Positions 50,201 to 63,582 of a stretch of DNA of 64,000 nt are shown one piece after another (within the stretch, counting starts at the first letter, position 1; the number at the start of each line of letters is the position of its first letter). The position numbers were made by a program, and so were the translations under genes. The notes under the pieces are model-generated. The model ran no database searches and was not told where the DNA came from. It worked only from the letters and a program-made list of their open reading frames with translations. Source of the stretch: Eledone cirrhosa (Eukaryota); the NCBI GenBank assembly GCA_964016885.1, contig OZ024746.1:2542001-2606000 (forward strand), in the 5' to 3' direction.

Positions 50201-50605
50201 CCTCCCAATTACTAGAAAACATGTCTCCAACACCAAAACCTATATTCCTCAGCGTTATTAATTAGAGATACTCCCATTCATTCTATCTTAATCTGAATGA
50301 TTATCTGGTCTCTAAAGACTGCTTGAAAATTAAAACATGTTTCCAATGCCTAAGTCCTTTCTTTCAGAGTTTATCTAATCAGTATTTTGTGATCAGAATA
50401 TTCATCTACCTTAAATTCCAAGCAGCTGTCTAATTCTCTGTTTTGCTTCACCTAAACAAATATTTTATCCAAATAAAACTTGTAGTTCCCATACTTACTT
50501 TGTGAGAATATCTGGTCTAAATCTGTTTACGAATCAAATGTGAGTGTCCAGATATATATGTGTTCACCGCCGTAGTTCTACAAGTATGTCTATCTATAAT
50601 CTGTA

Positions 50606-50866
50606 TGTGGTGTGAGGGATTAAACAAACAAGCAAATTTAAGAAGCTTTTACATCAGTATAATATAAAACGAAATATCTTATTCACAGTAATATAAATAA
50701 CAACATTACAAAGTGTTCACAAGTCTTTCGGAATGAAAATACAAATAAATACAATTAACTATTGCTAGAAACCTTACAAATATAACGCACCAAAATATAT
50801 GATCAAAGCGAGAGAACGGAAAAATAAAATAAAAAGGAAACAAAAGCGACCCTCAATTCACCACCA
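50606..50866. mobile_element. Possible solo LTR
   Basis: TGTGGTGTGAGGG...CCCTCAATTCACCACCA ends with an internal TTTATT. TSD not convincing. Confidence 0.3.
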
Positions 50867-51749
50867 AGTACAACAATCTTCAACTCATCACAAGGGCCAA
50901 CGGAAGTTTTTGTATCATATTTTTCATACTAGTTCCATCAAAATTTAAGTAGAAATTTTCATATCAATAACATCCCTGTTCTTGTGTTTATTATATGACT
51001 CTCACATACGATGACTGGAGGTTAGGATAAAGTCGAAACATTTGTTGGGCAGTGCAATAACATTTACTTATAAGATTCAATGCTTTCTTTCAAAAGCTTC
51101 CTCACACGACCCTATAGCAATTCCTACGAATTGCTATAGGGTCATGTGAAAAAAACCCTACCTATCTATTATTAAACCCTTCAAGTGCTGACATCACCCC
51201 TAAAGGAGCCCATCGACTTTCTAGTATGAACACCTTTTAGCTGTCTCCTGCCGTTGGTTATTAAATACTTTCCAGTATTGGCAATTTGGGGAAAAGGGAT
51301 AGTTGATTATATTGATCCCAGTACTTAACTGGTGCTTTATTTCATCGATCTCGGAAAGGTTAAAGACAAAGTTGACCTCAATGAGATTTGAGCACAGAAT
51401 ATAAAGAGCCGTATCAAATACCACGTGTTGAGAAATATTTGATTTATAGTTATTCATGTTTAACTTTGTTGTTTCCGCCTCAGAAATAAAGAGATATAGT
51501 AAAAAGGAAAAAATAAGATCGACAGTTGTCCATTTTTTTTCTTCTCGTTTGCTATCCTTTTTAGCCATTGAGAATTATGTTCCTTAGTTTTCTCTGCAGA
51601 AAGGTTCTGATAAAGCTCTTCACCATGCTTGATCCCAAGACAACAAAAGAACTTGACGTCGTCTACGAATTTAAACGTTATTATTCTTCCACGTATGACA
51701 ATAATTGTTCTAGCAATTCCAGCAAACCTTTCATTTTTCACTCTAAGAA

Positions 51750-52300
51750 TGTTACTATACATTAATTTATCCGATATATACTTTAGATTAAGTGGAATAA
51801 GCATACGTTATCACAGTGATCTGTCGGCCAGCTACATTTTTCATCCTGTTGCTTTCGAGACGTTTGGGGGGAGTCGGGCTGCTGACTGCGAGGTTTCTCT
51901 CTTCACTGGCGGCTCGCCTCATAGAGGTAACTGGCGAATCTCGCGAGGGCGCTTGGTTGTTCCAGCGCATTAGCCTCGTCATCACCCGAAGCAGCGTTAC
52001 GAGTGTGCTGGCTTGCCTCAAAAATCATTAGAAAGGTTGCCCGGTACTCAACGCGACGCTGCTGTCTTTTGCTCTGCTGTTCACCCTTTCTTTTACATTT
52101 TCTTTAATATTGCAACATTAAAAGAATATATCCTTCTGAAAGAATCGCGAACAATGTTATCTAAGCATTTGTAATGTTATTTAATGTATATATTTAAAAC
52201 ATATTTGTTATGTTATTCTACTGTAAATTTATTTATATGCTTTGTATAATAAAAGTTTACTTTCTAACAACTCGTACGAGAATATCCTAGACACGAACAA
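51750..52300 (+). mobile_element. CpG-rich, LTR-like segment
   Basis: Starts TGTTA, GC-rich core, AATAAA near 52248, ends near ...AACA. No partner or clear TSD. Confidence 0.3.
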
Positions 52301-53389
52301 CGGACTGGCGAAAATTTACCATTGAGATTTGAATAATGATTTCGGTTCGAAATTCCGAGTAGATTTACTGAATACAAAATGCACTTGAAGCATGGAGGTC
52401 ACAACGAAGAAACCCCAATAGCAAGACCTTTGTTAAAAAATACACACGAAATTGAAAAACACGAAAAAGCAAAACTTATAAAAAAAAAAAAATACAGAAA
52501 GGTCTGTTCTTTACCAAATTTCGTTTGATCAAGGATAGAAAAGTCTTAGCTGGTCTTGTAAAAAACAAATGATATACGGAAAAATAAGAGGATTCCAATC
52601 CGTTTTGTAGACGCAATTCTATATCTGGGAAAACAGAGATTGGTATTTTATGGTTATTGCGGTTTAGGTTCCTCAGTTACAAATGACGGCAACCTTTTGG
52701 AACGGGATAAGACGTTTGTCAAAAATGATGTATTTTTCCTCGGTGACTGAAATACAAACTCTCAGCCCAGGTATACAAAACAAGATCAGATATATTCCTT
52801 ATCAGGTTCTAACAAAGATAACTGAAATAATGTGGCTAAGTACTCTACAATCATGGATATCTGCAAAAAAGGATAAATTTTCTTTATCCTTGCGATATTT
52901 AACAACAAACAGCGATGCAGTGAACGATTTATAGAATTATAAATATGTATAAAATATACGTAGAAATATCCAAAACAGAATTACCTGGAATAAGCCTAGA
53001 TTTTTTTCACTATTCCTTCTTTCAGCAATCAAAAACATAGGACTATCAATAACTATTTGTTCCCCTCAATAAACGATGGAGCTTGCAAGATTTTCTTGTT
53101 TCGTGCATAATTTTAATTTGGTTTTAATTAATGCAGAAAACTCCAAAGTTGAAATTAAGTTGCTTTTGGAACTCTATAAAGTCTCTATACAATTTTCACC
53201 TGGCAGTTTACTGGTATTTCAAAGAAGACTACCAAACTTTTCAGGGTGCCCAGAAAGTTAGCAGTAGACCCAAATTTCCATAATTATCAGTAAAAGTTGA
53301 TATGTAAACAATTTTAGATGGTGAACTTAAAAAAAAAAAACAATCGGTATTCTTAAACAGTTCCTCGAAGCAAATGGTATACTTGTCGG

Positions 53390-53575
53390 ACCGCCAGTGA
53401 CGTCATATCGGGGGTGTGGGCCGAGTCTCGGTCCATGTGGAGCGGATGAGTGTGTGAGTTTTGTTATGTTCTCTGTCCAGATGCGCATAAAAAGCACACT
53501 GCAGGGAGATTCAGCCCGAATACAAATGGGGGGGGGGCGCAAAGGTAGGTCCCTTCGCTTCTTACGCCATAATGT
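53390..53575 (+). repeat. Unclassified dispersed repeat, second copy at about 56335-56520
   Basis: Shared TCTCGGTCCATG...TTCTCTG.CCAGA...GGAGATTC...GCAAAGGTAGGTC..TT.GCTTCTTAC. Confidence 0.7.
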
Positions 53576-54725
53576 GTGTTCAATTTGTACAAAAGTAGTT
53601 TAGGTTTGGTCAGAGCTTCTCATTTGACTAAACTCTTTAACAATGAACTGGACCAACCGATTTATAAATGTGGGATATGAATACGGAATATAATCCGCAA
53701 AACGTTAGAGATGTGATGAAATTGCAGAGGATGAAGGGTCATTTGGTGTCTGAAAGGAATTCTTACTTAAATCATACTTAGTGTCTTTCTTACTATTATA
53801 AATAGCATTTTAAATAGGTAGCTTTCAAATTTAGATAGTCCAAAATATTTTGACAGCAGATGTAAAGAAATTAGAATTTTTATCCGGCGTACTAAGACAT
53901 CAGTCAAACTCAAGTCGCATAAGAGTTTATTTCATTCAAATACACGTACAAAGCGATAACGCGCATTTAGCAGTAAGACAAATTCAATTATAGAGCAACT
54001 GACTACCAAAAATGTTCTTAAATTCATGATCGCACGTGGTCCTAACCTTTAGACACTGTGCCACGTTTTTCTAACCTTATCGGTAATTAGCTCAGTTGTG
54101 GAATCGTATGATCCTTTATATTGAAAGATTGGTGGCTACTGACGAACATTATAACAATCGGATATTTTTGCAAGAACGAAACCTAAACAAAAAAAAAGAG
54201 GCTGCTTATAGTTTTCATATTGTTTCGTTTTCTTTATACATTACAAAAAGTTCTTTTGATTTTAAATACAATAAAGATTGATAAGATTAAACCTTTTGAT
54301 GTTAAATACAGTCTATCGATTACGTACTTCTTTCAAAATTGTATTTTTCTGGGATTTTGACTTTAAATTTAAAAAAGAAATTCAATGTTAAATAAATCTT
54401 AATTTGGTTCGTATTTTGACGCCTATTTTTTTATGCGCTCGTCCGCCGCTCCAGAACCTGGACATACCTCTACTCCAATTGACTTCATTGTGTCGTATAT
54501 ATTCTTCAGCTTTAGAGATTCCCCCTCTCCTCAAAAGACTGTTCATGTTCTGGAAGTATAACATTTTCCATACCATTTTGAAGACGTCTTCCATTTCGTT
54601 GTTTGATATTCTGAATACACAGTCAGTATACTTGCTAATTCAAATTTATATCATGTTTCCAAGAATTGTGTTTTGTCGATGGCAATTCCAATGTTGATGC
54701 TCTCTCTCTCACACACACACACACA

Positions 54726-54788
<63 letters not shown>

Positions 54789-55413
54789 CTCCAGCTCTTC
54801 CAACATTGTCCTTTTTTTCTTCAGCCATTGCTTATTCAATAATAATTTTTTAAAGTAAATTTTTATTATTACACCCGTCTCGGAGACGGGTGTTATGGCA
54901 CTCTCAGAAAACGAATAATTTGCGATGGGTTTTCAATGCCATATTCAGCCTGCCCTACTGCCAAAAACAAAGAATTGTCAGTGGTCTTCCCCGTTGATAT
55001 TGCTGCTACCTACATCTTGGCAACTTTACCTCTACTAGTGAGACCAGCCAAGCTCATAGATGTTACCCAACAACCTTACTTGGGAGTCTACCCCTGGGTC
55101 GTCTGCTAATTGCTTTTGCCTCCAGACCCAGCATATAGAAAAAAGGAAAGGTCTGGAATTGTACAGATAAAAAAAATCACAAGCTGTGTTGTTCAGAGCA
55201 CAGGTTTCTCCCACAGTTTACAACCTTTGCTAATACTGGGGAGAAAAGGAAGGAGAGAGAAAAACCTAAAACATTTTATTTAAAACTTTCCCAAACATTT
55301 CATAGTCAGTCCATGCACAATTGAATGATAATAAATTCTGTTTTTGATCAGAGCTGAGGAGATGAGCTTTGCTTCACCTCTGCTATCAAACCTTATATTC
55401 CTCATCCAATAAC

Positions 55414-55599
55414 TGTTTCTACTATTGGCACAAGGCCAGCAATTACCCAGTGTATTACTGGTACTTTATTTTATCGACCACATAAGGATGAAAGGCAAAG
55501 TTAACCGCGGTGGGATTTGAACTCAGACCATAAAGGGCCGTAACTCTTTGCTGCAAAGCATGGCATCAGACCCTCTACCGATACTGTCAATCCACCGCC
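55414..55599 (-). mobile_element. tRNA-derived SINE with a 12-bp TSD
   Basis: TSD CTCATCCAATAA (55401-55412 and 55600-55611). Confidence 0.92.
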
Positions 55600-57564
55600 C
55601 TCATCCAATAATGCCTGCCTCATGTGATAGATTTTTCTGTCTGTTTCCACACATTTTACGGGCATTTCTTTACCTACACATTTGTTAACCTTCCTATGCA
55701 CCAACTTTTAACACCACGCATCTCTTGGTACTTTCAAATACCTCAAATAAATAGCTAAAGTGATATTTCTGCTCTTTTTCATTGAGTAATCTTGTTTTTG
55801 TTAGGTGTTAGCTTTGTAAAACAGCCACACAGTGGATGCCCACACCAGTGAAAGTGCCACTTCTTGTGGCTACTTTACTATGGACCTTGCTGGAGGTAAT
55901 TGTGCTGATTGCTGTAGTGCAAGTCATGGTAGGGGTGGTGTTGTTTGACGTATTTGAGATAGTGGTGGTTGTTTAGTAGTTGCCGTTTCTGAACTGTTGT
56001 TAATTTTGTGTTCACCCTCAGTGTTGCTGTTGTTGCTGCACTCTTTCTTTTTTGACAAATGGATTATAGTGGTGTTGTTGTGTTGGTGACTAGAAGTAAT
56101 TGTAAGTGATGAGGTGTTTCTCAGTGGCAACCTTCCTCCAGCTTGCAACTTTTCTCTCTTGTTGACTGGATAGCAAAGATAACATTTTTTTGAACGGTTA
56201 CAAAAAGATTTCTAGTAAATATAGTCCCAAAGAGTGAGAAACAAGATTAACAGATTGTGGAGCTAGGGAGTTAGAAGTGCAGGGGAGGTCTTTCCAGAAT
56301 CGAGGGGCCAGTGACATGAAATCAGAAGTGTCTCCCTCTCTCGGTCCATGGGTCGCCTTGTAATGACTGGTGTAAATGAGTTTGTGAGATTTGCTGTTCT
56401 CTGGCCAGACTTGAAACGGGTGAACATCACACAAGGAGATTCGGTCCAGACACATGTGGAGATTCGGTCCAGACACATGTGGAGATGCAAAGGTAGGTCT
56501 ATTTGCTTCTTACAACACAGATCAAACCTTCAGGGCCATGATCAGTTCTGTATTGAAAGGAATGGGCAAATTATCAATAACAAATCCTAGAAATGTCAAA
56601 CTATTAACAAATTGTCTTTAATTTATGGAGCTGAAAAAACACACCTAACATAGGCAGAAAGAAAAAAATCCAGCTTAGGCACAAGGCCACACATCTGGGA
56701 GGAGGGGTCAATTAATCAGAATTGACTCCACTATTTGACAGGTACTTTATTTTATCCCCTACCCCCGCAAAAGGTGAAAAGTATAGTTGTTGACATCATT
56801 TGAACTCGATAGCAATAATAATAGCAATAACAATAATAATTGATAAAAAAAACAACAACTCCTGCACACATCATAGACATAAAAGTGATTTAAGGTAGAC
56901 TGTACGTTTTCAAAAGTTTCAATAAGCCAATATTTCTGTAAATCCAGTGGAACCTCTCATTCTGTGTTTGCCTTTTGCTGTCTGCTGATGATTAAGTCTA
57001 GTATATTGATTAAAAGTTGAATGTGATTCTTTGAGATCAGGTATGAATAGCCAACATCTATTATAACTACAGTTATAGGTGATCAATAGACAAACACAGC
57101 TGATTTATTCGTGGAAATCATAGCTTCATTTTGCATACTCTCTTATCTTTAGATTTCCTCATTTCATTCTATAATGGCAAGTATTCTAAGAAAATTTCTG
57201 GCTTGGCTTTTACCCAAATTCCAGTAAATGGTTTTTATATAAATTCTATCATGATGGTCTCATAAAAAAACTTTCCTTTTGTTTTGTAAATGCACTTTTC
57301 TAATTGCTTTTTCTAACATGACACATTAAGTCACAGAAATTACTACAACCACTAATGTAAAAAACATGCTAGTGCAAAAGTTACTCAACCATTTTTAAGA
57401 GTTAGTATTAAAGTTAAGATAAGGGTTTCATGTGTATATTTTAGGGGAAATATTTGTACTTTACAACAACACCCAAATATATTTCAATATCTATTAACAT
57501 ACACATGTGCACTCCTCCCACCATTCGTGTATATATGTATGTATGTATGTATATATAATGTGTT

Positions 57565-57599
<35 letters not shown>

Positions 57600-57603
<4 letters not shown>

Positions 57604-57830
57604 CCAAAGCACTACCTCATGTTTCAAGGCCTGGTGGTGACCATATCTCCAGAATGTAAGAGGGAACTTTTTTTTATCCCTCTTCCATTCTTGAGATATG
57701 ATCAATATTGGGCCTTGAAACCTTGGCTTTCACTTTTGTTCCATGTATGAACATAAATAAATAATATTTCAGCTCTCTTCTCGAGCATTGTTTTCCTTTA
57801 TCCTTTTTCACTCCTATAGATATTGCTACG
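57600..57830. repeat. Fold-back (arms about 57620-57666 and 57677-57722) beside (TA)n, probable Penelope-like relic
   Basis: TTTCAAGGCC...AGAGGGA / TCCCTCT...GGCCTTGAAA. Confidence 0.6.
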
Positions 57831-57969
57831 TATGTAACCCATGTTATCATGGAAAAATGGACATTAAACGGTGATGATGATGATATACATATATATCATG
57901 CTTTTTATGTCCACTTTTCCATGCTGGCATAGAGATGGAGATATATATTTATATATGTACAAAATATAT

Positions 57970-58205
57970 GTTGACAGGTGTTACATAACCACTGTTACTA
58001 GTGTGGAGCTGTTATGCAATCAGTACAACTGGCACCAGTGTGACATCATCAGATGTTGCCTGTGTCATATCAACTCTCATAATTGTGTTAACATCTAATA
58101 ATGTTACACCAGTGCCAGTTGGTGTTGTAATTATTGCATTACAGCTCCACACTGGTGTCACTGAAATATGTATAATCCAATAAATACAATCGTGTAACAT
58201 TTGTC
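57970..58205. repeat. Imperfect long inverted repeat (MITE-like)
   Basis: AGTGTGGAGCTG..ATGCAAT...AACTGGCAC / GTGCCAGTT...ATTGCAT..CAGCTCCACACT. Confidence 0.7.
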
Positions 58206-58421
58206 TTCATGTGTATTTCCTACATGGAAACTCTGTCACATTTGATTGCCACCTTTATGATGAATAGATATAACTGACATGGAGTGCTCTTATCTGCTTA
58301 CACCTGTTTATTGAGACATCACAACTTTTACAGATAAACAACACTAATCAACTGAGGCTAAATGTATCTTCAGCTTGACCAATGCCTTTCGAATTAAATT
58401 TGGTCAATAGAAACTGTCATA

Positions 58422-58628
58422 CGAGGGGATGCTGAAAAGTTCCTGGCTTTAAGAGTCTCACACAATGGTAGTTGGAGTCCCAACCTTCTGAATTCTTTTT
58501 ATAGGGCTTAGAAAAACTGAAGGACCACTGCAATAAGTGTATGAATATCAGAGGGAATAAAATCCTAATTAACTGATCCTCCTGTATTTTCTTTTTATCC
58601 AAAGCCAGGAACCTTTCAGCATGCCTCG
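58422..58628 (+). mobile_element. mariner-derived MITE
   Basis: TA|CGAGG..ATGCTGAAAAGTTCCTGGCTTT TIRs |TA. Internal GLEKLKDHCNKCMNIRG resembles a mariner transposase C-terminus. Confidence 0.88.
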
Positions 58629-59031
58629 TATATATGTGCATGCGTGTGTATGCATTTATGTCCCTTAATGTAGTGGTTCAACAAAAGATTGATAAAATGA
58701 GTATACAACTTAAAAAGTGGATGGTGGGGTCAATATGATTGACTTAAGCCAGTGTCCAACATGGATGCAATCTAATGACTGAAACCAGTAAAAGAATAAA
58801 GAATAACTAAATACACAATTATCTATTGACAAAGGCTTCTAAGATACAATGTATAATGTTAGTATAATGTTAGTGTGAATGATCTAGAATAGAAAAGCTG
58901 TGAGGAGACTGTGGTGTATATGGGAGATTACAGCTATATAAAGAATTTCAGAGAAATGTGGATGGATTTTATGAAAGAAGTACACTTAGGAAAGGGATGA
59001 ATCTCATGACAAATGACTGTGAAGATTAGTG

Positions 59032-59127
59032 ACATGTGGTATTGGAGAAGATACACCAACCAACATGTGGTATTGGAGAAGATACACCAACCAACATGTG
59101 GTATTGGAGAAGATACACCAACCAACA
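59032..59127. repeat. 31-bp tandem repeat, 3 copies
   Basis: ACATGTGGTATTGGAGAAGATACACCAACCA. Confidence 0.9.
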
Positions 59128-59273
59128 TTAAATGTGACCCGAGTCATCCATGCCCTACTATTTTGCTATTCTCTTCAGTAGCTATTCTTGACAACACTGT
59201 ACTCTGAAATATATATTAAGACATGTGCATGTAGGCACACACATACATTTATAGATACACATATGTGTATATA

Positions 59274-59347
<74 letters not shown>

Positions 59348-61100
59348 TATATATTTTCGTAGGTCCTTCTGTTAGGTGAACGTGTGTTACTCTCTTTTCC
59401 ATGCATTTGTGAATCAAACTCATGACCTTATGATTGTCAGCTAAACCCTCTAACTATGCACATTCACCATTTACTGAAACTATACCAACAGATAAATAGT
59501 TTAATAAATATGTATTGAATTGTTTAGATTTTTTATTTATTCAATTGTGGCTTTTCAAGTCTAGAGAGTTCTATACTGCAAGCAAAGAACATTTTAATGA
59601 TTTATGATCTACATATTGCTGTTTAGAATACAATAAATGTGGTTATTGCACAATACCTCATACATAGATCTAAAATATCTATTTAGCTGAAACCTAAAAA
59701 AAATATTATGTAATTTTTTTACTATTTACAAGACATCGTTTTGGTCTATTTTCTTATAGTAAAATGGTTTTATTTTATTTTCTAAGACAGAAAGGTTTAT
59801 TTATTGTTCAATATAAAGCAAAGGGTAAAAGTTCAAATCCAGTTAAAGTTTAGAATTCTGTACTGTATTTATGAAATGATTTTTATACATCTCCCAGCAT
59901 GTTTATTATTAAACATAAAGCTGAGATTGAAGTTTCGAACCTAGTTAAAGTTAGATATTAGATGTTATTGTTTATTAAACAATAAACAATTATAATTGTT
60001 TACCCCACGATATTAGATGTTATTGTTTATTAAACAATAAATAATTATAATTGTTTATTAACTATATAATTATTTCTATACCAAACCAAAAAATGTAAAC
60101 TATTTTACAAGATTTGATGTCACATAGATGAATCTCAAATACATTTGACCTCAATTTGAATCTGGTATTAAAGTACAAAGATGTTTGTTAGTTTCTGACA
60201 ATCAATAGTACTTGATTGTCAGAGATGGAACATAGGTAAATAATAGAATAATTCTGTTGTACAACAGATTCAAATAGGTAAGGCTGAATGTATTATTCTA
60301 TGTACTATATTGACGAGTTGTAGTGCACCTGAGCACTTTACACAATAATTTCATTATTATTATAAACTTTCTATAACAATGATTACATACACACTTGCAC
60401 ATTCACATGTACACAAGGGTTGCAAGGACACAAAAAAAAAATAGAACCCCCCCCCCCCCCTCTATTTTACATTTCAAAGTTAGCTTGGCACAAGTAATTG
60501 AATTGAAAAGTTATACATACAGGTATTAAATTAAAAAATTCTAATCATCCTAAAACTAAAAAACCCACCTGAGGGTATAAATAAATTACTATGGCCGTCG
60601 CTGGTGGGGCATCCTGCTGAAGGGGGCCCGGGGCAATTGCCCCCTTTACCTCCCCCCCCATTAAATCCACCCCTGCCTACAACTCCATTGAGAGTTACGG
60701 GTCCATACATATCTATTTTTCTTCGTTTTCAGTTTTCTTTCTTTCGTTATAAGTATTATTTTCTTATTAAAACTCATTTTTGTGTAATTCTGCTGGACAA
60801 CAAAATATGATTTTATCAGTATACATATTTGATTCCTTACAATTAAGCCAATAAATCAATAAAATTGATTTCTTTTAGTGAAGCACCTGAACACAATTTG
60901 TGGGGAAGGTGTAAAGTTGAGCGGATTTTAAACTAGTATATTACTGGTATGTATTTGATCGACGATTAAAGATTTGAACAAAGTCAACATGTAAAAAAAT
61001 ACACCCAACCGTTTCTATAATTTCATTCCCATATCATAACTTTGTATTCCGTAGACGAGGGTAGAGTGAAGAGAATCGACCCACGTATTTATTACTAATA

Positions 61101-61283
61101 GCGGTGGATTGGCAGTATCGGTAGAGGGTCGAACGCCATGCTTTCCAGCATAGTTACGTCCCTTTACGATCTGAGTTCAAATCCCGCCGAGGTTGACTTT
61201 GCCTTCATCCTTACGGGGTCGATAAAATAAAGTACCAGTAATGCACTGAGTAATTGCTGGCCTTGTGCCTAAAGTAGAAACAA
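61101..61283 (+). mobile_element. tRNA-derived SINE with a 12-bp TSD, nested in an older antisense SINE
   Basis: TSD TTATTACTAATA (61089-61100 and 61284-61295). Confidence 0.92.
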
Positions 61284-61480
61284 TTATTACTAATACCTGG
61301 TCTCGATAAAATGAATACAAGAGTGAGGTGAAAGGCAAGTTAGAAATGAGCGAGATTTGAACTCAGAATGCGGGGTGGATGGCACAGTGATTGTGCCAAG
61401 TCGCCACAGATCAATAATAAATATAACAGTGTGTCAATAATAATGCACAACAGTGCATTTGCATTCAACCGGCATTTAAA

Positions 61481-63582
61481 ATGAGAGTTACCTCCCCTCG
61501 TAACTGTGATGGCGACCGAAGCATTGATATCCATGGATGGCATTTATGTTCACTGATTCTACGTTGCAGACGTGAGTACCTTGCTTTTTAACTTCATGTT
61601 GTTTATTACTATTACTTATCAGCTGACTGAATCTTTCGATATCACCCAAGCTATAGTTCAGTTGTTTTTATTTTGACGACTTCCAACCGATACTAATGTA
61701 TGTAGTTAGGTTTTCACGACCGAATTCTTTTGTGTACATACATAAACATAACTGTACATCATCCGAAATCGCATATGTGTGTATGTATGTGTAAATGTCT
61801 ATATTATATATACAGAATATATATATATATATATATATACTTTGAGGTGTACGATGCCGTTTAGCTTTTTTTTCTCTTTTGGCACATATATTGTCTTTAA
61901 TTACAACTGTCAATTATATGTGTCACATACACACACACAAATGAATATATGCACGCGTATGTATGTATACATAAGTGTTTTGTAACTACGTACTAATACT
62001 ATATTGCTTCTGTTGGTTACGATTATAAAATACCTTTTTCTTATATCACTTTACTATGTATTTTATGTTTCTGTAAGCTAAACAGATTCATTGCTATCGG
62101 AGTTAAAACAGTAAATAAATAAAATAAAACGGTTTTAACAAATTTTGTTTCATATAAAGAAAAAAAATAAATAAAGCGAGTAAACAACTCTTAACTAACA
62201 ACAAACCTATTCAATTATCAATAATCGTTTCTCATTAACTTTATCATTACTTTTATAATAGTAAATTCTTTGTTTCGAATGAAGTATATATATATATATA
62301 TATACATAATTCTTTATACATTCTGAAATATTCTTTAGTCTAGAGTATTTTCGGGCAGTTTGGGAGACGAAAGAATTAAAATAAATTTTATTTTGACAAT
62401 TCGCCTTACTACACCTTGCTATTTAATGTGTTGTCAATGTGAATTCTTTTACTCTATATTGGAGCGTTTAGAAATGTTTTGATAACATTTGTATAACACT
62501 TTTAAGAATAATCACTGTCCTAACGAAATTGACACTTAAGATTAAGCTAATTTCTTCCACATATAACAACAATCCATTCTTTTATTTCTTAGTTTACATT
62601 CATTTGTAGATTTCCTTTTAACAGCCCAAACTAGAAAGATAAAACAATACAACGCTTCCGCCCCTCACTTAATTTGCTTCGCTCACTTTTAATAATTACG
62701 TCAAATAAGTGTTATTAGTGTTAAATGTACACATATGTATCACTCTTAATGACACCAGCACGTACAATCTTTCCTTCCTAATGCCGACCTATATTTACCG
62801 TCTTTTTCCTATTATATCACCCCCCCCCTCTCTACAACATTCCCTCTCTCTCTCTCTCTCTCTCTCTCTAGACTCGCTGAATACTTTTCGCCAGCTGCTT
62901 TTTAAAAAATTACTATTTTATCAAAATAAAATATTTTGGGCTACATTTCTTATACAGAAGATCATCTCTTCGTTTTATGATGACGGTGGGCATTTTTGTT
63001 CGTATATTTTGGAGATTTCTAATAGTTTCAACCACTTTCTTTCAACTCCTTTACCATAAATAAATAACAATTAACAAACGCAATTCTTCTAATTAACTTA
63101 AATGCTCTTACTTATTGTCACACCACATCTATTTCACGTTTCATAATTCTCAGTGACATTCATTACACAATAAAGTTTATATCTTTTTAAATGTAATTGT
63201 CAGTTTCTTTTAAGATACCCTATCCAGGATTATTTACTTGTTGCTAACTTAATCGTTTCCTTCTATTTAATTGAAGCTATTTCAGTTATAAATTGTATCT
63301 TAGCAAATGAAAATTAGGAGGAAAACTAGTTAAAATAAAATTGTTTTCTAGTCGAGTTTAATATTGAAATGCAAGGGAAACTAACAAAATTCCTTTCTTT
63401 AACCATGACATTATTATTTCCAACGATTATCTCTTCCCGCAGAAGTGATACACTATCCAGCCACTCCCCCTCCTTTAAACACACTGTCGCCACCGCTTCG
63501 ATATTCCCGCCTTCATATAAAACCGCAGAGTCGTGGCCAAGCAGCATATGGTCGTTTCCATAAACAAAATTCCTACCAATAA
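61481..63582 (+). other. Weak candidate two-exon ORF (61481-61571 joined to 63443-63582)
   Basis: ATG...AGAC|GTGAGT donor and CTCTTCCCGCAG| acceptor are phase-compatible, and both segments are CpG-rich unique sequence. No recognised homology. Confidence 0.25.

Noticed and set aside
60415-60676. hAT-like MITE (ends TTAAATCCACCCCTG)
   Set aside because: Only one terminus is recognisable and no 8-bp TSD was found.
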